From: Parvularia atlantis
Taxonomy: Eukaryota
Direction of reading: 5' to 3'
Length of the DNA stretch: 33,408 nt
Assembly (NCBI GenBank): GCA_943704415.1
Contig: CALSCO010001090.1
Location: forward strand, 1-33,408
Made by a program: the position numbers and the translations under genes. Positions 11,501 through 21,295 of the stretch are shown here, in pieces (position 1 is the stretch's first letter; each line of letters opens with the position of its first letter). Under the pieces are notes generated by a model. That model made no database searches. It worked only from the letters and a program-made list of their open reading frames with translations, and was not told the DNA's origin.

Positions 11501-13555
11501 AGTCGGGCTTGTCGCCGTTGCGCCCGCTGAGGTCCTCCTGCGAGCTGCATAGCGCGCCGTGCGTCAGAGGGGTCCCAGGGTCGTGAGTGCAGGATGCACC
11601 TCTGAACAGCGCCGTCCGACGTCTCGGTCTCGTCCTCTGCCGCCCATCCACGTAGAGTCAGCCAGGGCGCTGCGCTTGGGGGTTCATGGCGCGCACCGTC
11701 AAGCGACTTGCGCCGGATGATCGAGCTGACCGCGGCGTCGGCGTCGCCGTTGTTTTCGCTCAGCGCCGACTGCAGCTCGCCGCGCGATGCAAACGGCACA
11801 ACCTCGCACAGGCGGTTCAGGCGCTCGTCCCACGACTGCGCGTGCATGCGTCAGCCGCGGAGCAGCGGGCGCGCGCGCAGCCAGCGCACCTCGTTCCACG
11901 CGTTGCCCATCCGCTGCCCATTGGCCGTGAGGTCTGGCTGCGACCGCCGCGGCTGCAGCGCGAGCTCGAGCTCTCGCTCTTGCTCCAGCTGCGATGGCAA
12001 CACGTCAACGTACGACTGCGGCGCGCGGCGCACGCGCAATCAGTCGGGCGCGTCAAGCTGTGCATGCGTGCGCACTTTGCGGCGCTGTGAAGACGTCGGT
12101 GCGTTCGCCGCGCGCACGGCGATCTCCTCGCCCGGCTCAAGCGACGAGCCGCGCTTGCGCATGGTGGTGGTGAACAGCGATTTGCTGCGACGCACGGCGT
12201 GTGAGCGCGGCCGCAGGCGTTTAGAGGGACGCACAGCCGGTTGGACGCCTTGGGCGTCTTGGGCGAGACGGGCACGGGCGGCAGGGGCTTGTCGAGCGCG
12301 GCGTCGACGGGTGAGACGCTCGAGGGCGAGGACGGCGTGGTCGTGCTGCACGTCGAACGGTCAGGCAAGTGCGCGTCGCGCAGAGCACTCGGCCGCACCT
12401 GATGCGTACGCGCTGGCGCGCGCTCGCGACCTTGTGCATGGTCATGCTGGCCGCGGCCGCGATGCCGCTCTGGTTGGGCATGACGAGCGGCTGGATGCCG
12501 CGGCCGACGCGCGCCTTGAACGAGCGGTACATGACGGGCGAGCCCTCGGACGATCCGTCGGTGCTGGGCGACGGGGTTGATGCGGTCGAGCCGGGCGCGG
12601 GCGCGGGCGCGGGCGCGGTCGGCGGCGTTGTCGGCGTCCCGGGCGTCTTGAGCGTGCCCGGCGAGAGCGGCGGCAGGCCCGCGAGGCTGGCCGGCTCGGA
12701 GGGGCTCTTGCGGACGTCGCCGTTGGCGGTGCGCGGGAGGATGAAGGCGGTGCTGCTGTGGCGCGGGCGCTGCGCCGCGTGCTTGTTGCTGTCACGCAGC
12801 GCCTCGACCTCCTCACCGTCGCCCTCGGTGGCCTCGTGGCCGCTGCCCGCGTCGTCGTCGTGCGCGCCGTTGACGGCCTCGTTCTCGGTCAGATCCTCCA
12901 GGTCCGGCGCCGACGTGGACCGCTTGCGGTGGTGCGCGCGCTTCGTCGTTGCTGTCGTCGTCACAGTCGCACCGTTGCGCTGCTGCTGCTGCGGCGCCCC
13001 GACCTCGTCCGCGGCCTCGTCCGCGGCCTCGTCCGAGACCGAGAGCATCGCGTCGATGTCGTACTCCTCGTGTGCGCGGCGCGGGATGGGCGATGAGCTG
13101 GCGGATCCCGCGGCCGGCCCGTCGCTGCTGACGCGAACGCTGACGGCGCGCGCGCGCGGCGTGGCGGGCGCGGCGTCGGCCGAGGAGAGAAACGCGTCAA
13201 TGTCGCTGCCGTCGCCGTTGGGCGCCGCGAGCGGAACGGCGCCGGCATCGCGCTCGCGGTCGGCGCCGCTGACGCGCCGGCGCAGCTTCGAGAAGGCGCG
13301 CTGCACGGTCGACGGCGACGGCGGCGCGCGCTCGCCGCTGGGCGACTGCTCGCCGCTCACCCGGCGCAGGCTCCCGCTGCTGATGCGACTGACCAGCGTG
13401 TGCGGCGACCCCGCCCGGTGGGCCAGGCCCTCGTCCACTGCCTCGGTCGTGTCGACGGCGACGTACGTCCGCGCCTCGCCCGGCACAGCCACTGCCGACG
13501 ACGACGCAGTGCGCGTCTTGGCCGTGCGGCTGCCGGTGGGCGCGGGTGGGTCCAT
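8573..13555 (-). CDS. Rho guanine nucleotide exchange factor: disordered N-terminus + CUE/UBA-like + DH + PH + C-terminal RGS domain; 22 introns
   Basis: DH: KRRFIVEEIIRTEEIHIQQL...EILKLPMSRLPRYKDLLRELESFTPIWHPD. PH-like: RFFVDEVDV...RLVLFNDSVLVASK. RGS: LEDMLQDPEALELFTAFLRGEYSQENIEFWLAVERFR...QEINI...LMATDSFPRFVKSKLY. CUE-like: ERLNRLCEVVPFASRGELQSALSENNGDADAAVSSII. All junctions are GT-AG and frame-consistent. Confidence 0.85.
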
Positions 13556-13572
13556 CTGCCAGACCGGCGAGG

Positions 13573-13588
13573 AAAAAAAAAAAAAAAA
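13573..13588. repeat. A16/T16 homopolymer in the 62-bp OGG1-RhoGEF spacer
   Basis: 16 consecutive A on the plus strand (T on the coding strand) in otherwise very GC-rich DNA. Confidence 0.95.
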
Positions 13589-13617
13589 TGCGCCGCCAAG
13601 CTGCTGTGTCTCACGTC

Positions 13618-14910
13618 TCAGTTCCTCTTTGGGCGGCGGACACGTGCGGCCGCGGCCGCATCGGCAACGGCGTCGTCGTCGGGCGCGCGCCGCCGTCGCC
13701 GCACCTTGACGGGCGCGGCCGCGCGCAGGGCCTCGAAGCGCTTGAGATCGGCCGCGAACAGCACCTGCCGCCTGTCGTCGGCACGCAGCCGACTCACACG
13801 AGCGCACAGACCGCACCGTGTTGGCCCAGCCCGCGTACGGCCCGTGCAGGCGCCGGAAGAGGTCGCCGATCGAGAGGTAGACGCGCGCCGTGAGCGACTT
13901 GTTGACGATGTCGAGCGCGTAGTCGCGCGCGGCAATCTGCCACACGTGCGTGTCGACCGGTACGGCCTCGGGCTTGTCCTGCCGACGCGTGTGAGAGGTG
14001 CACACGGTGCGCACGCTGCGGCGGTGACGGCACGCACCATCGAGAACAGGGCGATGCAGTCGGCCACCTTGCGCCCGATGCCAGGCAGCGTCATCAGCGC
14101 CTGCACCGTCTCGGCGTACGGCAGCTGCCGCAGCCCGCACAGCCAGCTCGCGCCGCCCTGGCCCTGCACCAGCCGCGCGGCCTCGTGGATGAACCGCGCG
14201 CGGTACCCGAAGCCCAACGCGCGCAGCTCGTCCTCGACCCCGGCCTGCGCCAGCTGCGCGACGTCCGGGAACGCGTGCAGCACGACGCCGCCGCGCTCGC
14301 CCACGCACGGCCCGTAGCGCTGGCACATTTTGGTCACCTGGCGGGCGCGCGGCCCGCTCAGGCTAAGCCACAGGCGGCCGACGTACGTGTCGCACCATCT
14401 GCGTGATGCGCTCGATGTTGTTGCACGAGGCGCAGATGAACGAGAACACGTTCTCGACCGGGTCCTGCCGCAGGATGCGCAGGCCCTCGAACGACGCCGC
14501 GAACCGCCCAAAGTGCGCGTCGGCGCTCGTCCACGCGCGGTAGTGCGCGTCCAGGTCGACGTCGAGCTGGAAGTAGTCGTGCAGCAGCGCGCGCAGCTCG
14601 GCATCGGCCGCGGCCTCGCACTGGATCTCGTCGCCTGCGCGGCCCGTCTCGTCACGCGCACTCGCGCACCGTGCCGTGCAGCGCCGGCCCACACGCGCTC
14701 GCACCGTCCTCGCGCACGGTGACCACACGCCCACTGATCGCCTTGGACCTGCTCGCCCTTCAGCAACGCGCACACAGCATCGCGATCGATGCACACGCAC
14801 CACTCGCCGGGCCCCGTCCGCACCCACGTGAAGCACTGCCCGCCGGCCAGCGTCAGGGCGAGGCTGAGCTGCCGCCGCGCCGCGAGCCTTGTCCACATCA
14901 TGCTTGGCAT
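13618..14910 (-). CDS. OGG1: 8-oxoguanine DNA glycosylase; 5 introns (start could also be 14901 or 14898)
   Basis: LSLALTLAGGQCFTW, GLRILRQDPVENVFSFICASCNNIERITQMV, LRALGFGYRARFI, HhH-GPD motif LPGIGRKVADCIALFSMDKPEAVPVDTHVWQIA (catalytic Lys and Asp), GPYAGWANTVLF. Confidence 0.95.
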   Translation of the reverse strand: MPSMMWTRLAARRQLSLALTLAGGQCFTWVRTGPGEWCVCIDRDAVCALLKGEQVQGDQWACGHRARGRCERVWAGAARHGARVRVTRRAAQATRSSARPRPMPSCARCCTTTSSSTSTWTRTTARGRAPTRTLGGSRRRSRACASCGRTRSRTCSRSSAPRATTSSASRRWCDTYVGRLWLSLSGPRARQVTKMCQRYGPCVGERGGVVLHAFPDVAQLAQAGVEDELRALGFGYRARFIHEAARLVQGQGGASWLCGLRQLPYAETVQALMTLPGIGRKVADCIALFSMVRAVTAAACAPCAPLTRVGRTSPRPYRSTRTCGRLPRATTRSTSSTSRSRRASTSRSATSSGACTGRTRAGPTRCGLCARVSRLRADDRRQVLFAADLKRFEALRAAAPVKVRRRRRAPDDDAVADAAAAARVRRPKRN

Positions 14911-14941
14911 TCGCGACCTACGGGTGATGGACACGCTCACT

Positions 14942-14949
14942 TTTGGCGC
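14942..14949 (+). promoter_or_regulatory. E2F-consensus site (TTTGGCGC) in the OGG1/SMC6 divergent spacer
   Basis: Exact match to TTTSSCGC, 20 bp upstream of the SMC6 ATG, within a 58-bp bidirectional spacer. Confidence 0.45.
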
Positions 14950-14968
14950 GCTTCCGCTCGCTTTTGGA

Positions 14969-17900
14969 ATGGCGCGGCGCGGCTCGACGGCCGGGTCCGA
15001 CGACGTGCGCAGCGACGCCGAGGAGGCCGTCGCGTCGCAGCAGTCGAACGACGACGGTGCGCGGCCGCCCCCATGGGCGCGCGGGTGTGACCGCGCGAGT
15101 AACGGAGACGGCGCGCCACTGTCTCGCGCGCAGACTACGCGCCCAGCAGCAAGCGCGCGCGCACGTTCGCCGGGCCCCTGCGCACCAAGCGCAAGGCGCG
15201 CGAGGCGCTCGTGGACCGCGAGTCGGACGACGACTACACGGCCACGCCGCCCGCGCCCACGGCCGTCACTCGCGTCACGCCTGGCTCTGCGCACGGCCTC
15301 GACGACAACGGGCCGCGCGTCGCGCCGGTGTCAAACGCGGCGGTGCGGCCTGGTCTCGCGCGGCACGTGACGTGCAGCTGACGAGGGTGCCGCGCGCAGG
15401 ACGCCGCGGGCGAGGAGGACGACGAGGCCGCGATGGACGACGCCGTCAACGACAATGACAATGACGACGACATTGCTAAGGACACATCGCTGCTGCAGGC
15501 CGTGCGCGCCGCTCGTGCCCGTTGCGCGGCGCGATCGTGATGCGTGCGGGCGCGGGCACAGGCCGAGGTCGGCGTGATCGAGTCCGTGCTCATGGTCAAC
15601 TTTATGACGCACCGCAACACACTGGTCGAGTTCAAGCCCAACGCCAACTTTGTCACGGGCGTCAACGGCGGTGCGCGTTCGCACACGTCAGTGCAGTCGA
15701 CACCTGAGCTGTGCGCACCCCAGCCGGCAAGAGCGCGATCATGGCCGCCGTCATCGTTTGCCTCGGCGGCAAGGCCAACGTGACCAGCCGCGGCGTCTCA
15801 CTCAAGAGCTTCATCCGCATGGGCGAGGCGGCCGCGTCCGTCATGGTCCGTGCGCGCCGGCGCATGGCCGGACCGTGCGTCGCTCATGCCTGCCGCCGCG
15901 CACCGCACGCAGGTCGGTCTGCGCAACCGCGGCAGCGACGCGTACCGCCCAGACGTGTACGGCGACACGATCTACATCGAGCGTACGCTGCGGCGCGACG
16001 GCACGCAGACGAGCTCATACTCGATCAAGAACGAGAAGAGTGCGTGCCGCGGTACCTTCTCTGCCGTGCGCTCACGTGTCGCCGTGCGCAGAGAAAGTCG
16101 TGTCGCACAAGAAGGAGGACGTGTCGCTCATCTTGGACTACATGAACATCCAGAGTGCGCCCCTTGCCCGATGCCGCCCGCCCGCTCACGCCTGGCCTCC
16201 TCAGTTGACAACCCGATGACCGTGCTCAGCCAGGACATGGCACGCGACTTCCTCAAGAGCAGCGAGCCCAAGAAGAAGTATCAGGTGCGGCCAGCGGCCT
16301 CGCAAGGACGCGCGCCTCGTGCTCACACGCCCTGCTGCCGGCCGCCAGTACTTCCTCAAGGGCACGCAGATCGACGAGCTGCTCGCGCAGATGCGCTCGA
16401 TCAACGCCACGTACAAGGAAACGGCCAGCATCACCGAGCGCAAGGCCAAGGTCTGGCGCGGTCGCGCCTGCGGCGTGGCCGGTCGCTTACACAGACTGCA
16501 GGAGCTATATGTGAAGAAACAAGAGGTGGACGCGCTCAAGGAGCGCCTGCGCGAGTTGCAGCAGGTGCACGGCGCGGCGCGACACAAGCGAGACTGAACC
16601 GCGCTTGTGCAGATTTGCGAGCTGCGCGGGCAGATCGACGACCTCAAGCTCGAGCTGTACTGGGCCGTAGTGAACGAGAAGGAGCGCGTGCGTGCACCTT
16701 AGATTGCACGGGCGCACACTCAGACACGTCTCGTGCGCAGGACCACGCGGCCAAGGCCGAGCAGCTCGAGCGCCTCGAGAGCAAGGTCGAGCCGCTCGAG
16801 ACGAAGCTGCGCCAGAAGGAGGTGCGCAAGCCTGCACGGCACTCTGCCCGCATCCTCACGCGGCTCGCAGGACGTCGTTGTCGCCGCGGCGGCGCGCATC
16901 GAGGAGCTTGCGGCCAAGGTGATAGAGCGCACGCGCGGGCACGAGCCGCACAAGCAGGAGCGCGCCCAGATTGAGGCCGAGCTTAAGGAGCGCCAGGCCG
17001 AGCGTCGGCAGCTGGCGGTGCGGCGGCCGTTGAGCGAGACCGCGCGCGTGCTCTGCTCAAGCGTGCTCGCACAGAACGACGCGCGCGAGTGCGAACGCCT
17101 GATCAAAGACAACGACGTGGAGATCAAGTCGAGCGAGGAGAAGATCGCGCAGGAGCAGCGCCGGCTCAAGTCCAACACAGGGTGCGGCCGCCTCGCACAC
17201 ACGAGTGCGGTGCATGACATGCGCCCGGACACAGCGACAAGCGCAGCAAGATGCAAGAGGAGATGGAGAAGCTCACGCGCACCAACGAGGACATCCAAAG
17301 CGACCTGCAGCAGGTCTGGCGCGGCCGCACGGGCGCGCGCATACGCGGCTGCTGAGACGCGTGCGGGCAAAGAACTTCAACCGCCGCCAGGTGACCGAGG
17401 ACGAGATCAAAGCCGTGACGAGCGCGAGCGAGGAGGCCAACGAGCGCGCCCAGGACCTGAAGCGTGCGCGCCGCTTCTCCCGCTCGCGCCACGCACGGTC
17501 TCACATCGCGCCGCAGGACGGCTCAACGATGCTGAGCGCCAGCTGCAGGCGTACCGGTCGCAGCGCGAGAACCGCCTGCGGTGCGCGCTAAGCCGGTGGC
17601 GCGCGTGGGCGTGCGCGTGGCTGACGCCGCCGTGGCAGCTTCTTCGGCGACAACATGCCGCAGGCGCTCGAAGCGATCCGGCGCACGCAGTTTGACAAGG
17701 CTGTGACGGGTCCGCTCGGTGCGTACGTTGGTGGTGGTCGCGCTGTGTGTGCTGACGCCGCGCGCGCAGGCATGTACATTGAGCTGACGGACCCGAGCTG
17801 GGCCTGGGCCGTGCAGACGGCGCTCGGGCGCGAGCTCAACAGCTTTGTCGTGCACACGCAGCGCGACCTGCACACGCTGCGCCAGCTGCTCAAGAAGAGC

Positions 17901-20092
17901 CACTGGTGCGCACACACTATGCGCACACGGTGTCTGCCTGATGCGCGGCGCAGCGACCGCTCGCGCGTGCTGCTCAACACGAGCAACGAGGGCCTCGCGC
18001 GCGACATTGACTCGGGCCAGCCGGACAAGAACCTGCTGACGGTGATGCGCGTGCTCAAGGTGTGCGGGGGCGGCTGGCACTCGTCCCCCTTGCCGCTGAC
18101 AAGCCGCGCGCAGTTCTCAAGCCCCGTGGCGCAGCAGGCGTTCATCGATCAGCTCAAGATCGAAAAGTCTGTGCTCATCCCTGAGTTCCGCCCGGCCCAG
18201 GCCTACATGCGCGGCAACCGCGACCGCAATGTGCAGTTTGCCTACACGCGCGACGGGACGCGGCTCGATGTGAGGTGCGCCGTCACGCCTCGCCGCCGCT
18301 GCGACGTTCGCCTCACGGCGTGCGTGGCAGCCCGAGCGGCGAGGTCGGCGTGCGCAGCAATCCGCAGCAGGCGCACGAGCGCACGCTCTTTGGCGACGTC
18401 GAGCAGAGCATCCGCAACGTCGAGCACGCGCGCGAGGCGCTCACGGCGCAGTGCCAGGCCGCCCAGGCCGAGCATCAGAACGCGCAGCGCGAGCTGCAGA
18501 CAAAGCAGCGCATGCTGCGGCAGCTTGAGCAAGAGGCGTCGGTCAAGCAGCGCGAGCTCAACGGCATGCGGGCGCGCCTCGACAGGCTGCAGACGGACCT
18601 GCGGGTGCGCTGCTCGCGCGCTCTGCAGTGCTGGCGGCTGACGGCGCGCCGCGTGCAGAGCTTTGACGAGTTTGACAACAGCACAATTGCCCTGCAGGCG
18701 CTCCAAGACGAGCGCGACGTATGCGCCTGGAGACAGCGCGCGACGGTTGTGGCTGATGCGAGCGTGCTCGCAGCGCATCCTGCAGACGCGCGAGCTGCAC
18801 CGGCAGACGTACCGCGCGCAGACGGACCAGATCCATGCGATGGAGGACCGGATCCGCCCGCTGCGCAACCAGCTGCAGGAGATCGAGGCACGCGCGCAGG
18901 CTGTCGAGGAAGAGGTGGCGGCCGCGCGCAGCGAGCAGGAGGCGGCCATCCAGGAGCGCGTGGCGGCCGAGAATGCGATGCGCGCGGCGCGCGTCAAGGC
19001 GCGTTACAATGTTTGCTGTGCGTGCGAGGCTGAGATGTGCTTGCGCGTGCCAGCTCGACGAGCTGCGCGAGGCGATCGCGCAGCAGAAGCAAGTCGTGGC
19101 CGACGCCGAGCGCGTGGTCGAGGTGTGTGCCGCATCGACACTTGCGGCCGGTGCACACTCTCACCGGGTCGCGCAGGACGTCATGCAGCGCGCGCACAAG
19201 GCCGCGAGCGACCTCGGCAAGCCGGCCGACCGCGTCGCGACGCGCAGGACGCCCGTCGAGCTTGAGAAGGTGCTGCGGCGCAGCGAGGCGCTGCTGGTGC
19301 AGCAGCAGAGCACGTACGTGTCTACTCTGGGTTCGCGCCGATCTCGCGCTGACGGGCGCGCGGTCGCAGGCGCGGCAACCCGGACGAGATTGAGGCGCAG
19401 CTGCACGCCAAGAACGAGGCGCTCAAGCTGCAGCGCAGCTTTGTCCGCACGCTCGACCGCTTCAACAACGAGCTGAAGGAGGTCATGGCGAAGCGCTTTG
19501 CGCAGATCGACGTCTACCGCTCGTCGGTGGCGCAGCGCGCCGGTGCAATCTTCCGCAGGTGCGTGTGGCGCCTGTGACGTCGTCGCGGTGTCTCACGGGC
19601 CGCGCGCAGCTCGCTGGCCGTGCGCAACTACAAGGGCAAGCTCTTCTTCGACCACACGAACGAGGAGCTGCACCTGGTGCTGCAGTCCAAGCGCACGACG
19701 CAGCTGTCCGGTGCGTGCTCGTGCGTCCGCGCGCCTCCGCGCATCGCTGATGGGCGCGGCCCAGGCGGCGAGCGCTCGTACTCGATGGTCGCACTGCTGC
19801 TCGCGCTATGGGAGAGCATGCCCAACCCGTTCCGCATGATCGACGAGTTTGACGTGTGCATGGACGAGGTCAACCGGCGCATCTCGCTCGGGCTGCTGCT
19901 TGACGCGGCCGACGCGTTCCGCAACCGCCAGTTCATCATCATCTCGCCCAACAGCATCGCGTACGGGCTCGCGTGCGGGCGTGCGGGCGGGCACGTGCGG
20001 GCGGCTGACACGCTGCGTGTGTGCGTGGCAGCAACGAGAACATCCAGCACCGCAGCGTGCACGTGGTCGAGGTCATCAAGAACGTCGCATGA
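14969..20092 (+). CDS. SMC6: Structural maintenance of chromosomes protein 6; about 29 introns
   Basis: GVIESVLMVNFMTH, Walker A GVNGAGKS (split by an intron), NRGSDAYRPDVYG, IQIDNPMTVLSQDMARDFL, coiled coils, hinge GPLGMYIEL, signature LSGGERSYS, Walker B/D-loop PFRMIDEFDVCMDEVNR. TGA at 20090-20092. Confidence 0.93.
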
Positions 20093-20145
20093 GCGGGAGA
20101 GGGGGGCCACCGAGTGTTTATGGTGCATGCGGGTTGTGCGTTTGG

Positions 20146-20748
20146 TCACACAGTGACGTCGGCCTTGATCGCGTCCCACACGAGCTCGCCAAAGTGCGCG
20201 TAGCCCTCAGCAGTCATGTGCAGGCCGTCGCGGTCCCAGTAGCGCTTGCGGTGCACGGCGTCGGCGTTGGTGTAGATCGGCATGGCCGTGTACAGGTCGA
20301 GCAGGCGCGCGCGGGGCGCGTGGGCGGCGACGTAGGCGGCGATGGCCTCGTTGACGGCGCGCTTGCGTGCGCCTATGCCCTGGAACGAATCGAAGTCCGA
20401 CCTGGGCACGGACACGGCGAGCAGGCGCACGCTCTGCTCGGCCGCGAGCACGCGGTCGTACATGGCCGTCAGGCTCGCCACGACCTCGTCGGCCGTGCTG
20501 CCCATGCCGATGTCGTTCGTCCCGGCCAGCAGCACGACCCAGTCGGGCGCGCCGTCGAGCGCGAGGTCGAGCCGGCGCAGCATCGCCCGCGCCGTCTCGC
20601 CCGACACGCCGTGGTTGGTGATGGCTAGGCGCGCGCCCGCGAGCTCGCCCAGGCGCTGCGTGTACGGCAGCATCGAGCGCCCGCCGTTGCAGAAGCCCTC
20701 GGTCAGGCTGTCGCCGAGCGCGACGAGGCGGCGGCGCGTGTGTGACAT
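20146..20748 (-). CDS. SGNH/GDSL hydrolase (esterase/lipase), intronless
   Basis: All four SGNH blocks: ALGDSLTEG, NHGVSGET, LAGTNDI, DGLHMTAEGY. ATG at 20748. Confidence 0.9.
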   Translation of the reverse strand: MSHTRRRLVALGDSLTEGFCNGGRSMLPYTQRLGELAGARLAITNHGVSGETARAMLRRLDLALDGAPDWVVLLAGTNDIGMGSTADEVVASLTAMYDRVLAAEQSVRLLAVSVPRSDFDSFQGIGARKRAVNEAIAAYVAAHAPRARLLDLYTAMPIYTNADAVHRKRYWDRDGLHMTAEGYAHFGELVWDAIKADVTV

Positions 20749-20784
20749 GATCCGTGTCTGTGACAGAAGTGACACGCCGTGTTG

Positions 20785-21263
20785 CTAGGGGGCCTGTGAC
20801 GTCGCTGCCGCTGCCTCTTCCAGCTGCGCCACGCGCGCGCGCAGCTCGGCGTTCTCCTGGCGCAGCGCGGCGACCTCGTGCTGCAGCGCCGCGTCCGATG
20901 GCCCGTTGGCGCCGAGCACGTCCTTCAGGAAGCTGCGGCCGACGCGCGGCATCAGGGCCGCGCCGCATCGCACGCCCGCGCGCACGCGCGCGCGCACTCG
21001 AGCGGGTCGCTCGGCCGCTCGGGCTCGTCGTACAGCGTGACGAGGCCTGCGAGCGTGTGGGGCGATGAGTTGGTGCGTCGCGCAGGATGCGCGCCGCGGC
21101 CGCGTGCCCTTCGTCAGCGCGTCGATCACGCCCGTGCGCTCGAGGAACTTGCGGAACTCGTCCTTCTTCTGGTCCGTCGTCTGCCGGGCGCGCACCGGGG
21201 CGGGCGCGCACGCGTGAGCAGAGCGCACAAGGGGGTTCGCATCCGGCAGGTCGCGCTCACCAT
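20785..21263 (-). CDS. MYCBP: c-Myc-binding protein (AMY-1) homolog; 3 introns
   Basis: ATG-only first coding exon, then TTDQKKDEFRKFLERTGVIDALTKGLVTLYDEPERPSDPLDFLK...ALRQENAELRARVAQLE. Intron 21047-21107 is GC-AG. Confidence 0.88.
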
Positions 21264-21295
21264 CGCTGTGTGTACACGGATAATATGTGCATTGA

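Noticed and set aside
13573..13588. Retrotransposon poly(A) tail
   Set aside because: No flanking target-site duplication or element body; the whole spacer is only 62 bp.
12221..14326. 701-aa ORF suggesting an OGG1-RhoGEF fusion
   Set aside because: It runs through unspliced introns and off-frame OGG1 sequence; OGG1 ends at its own TGA (13618) and the RhoGEF has an ATG at 13555.
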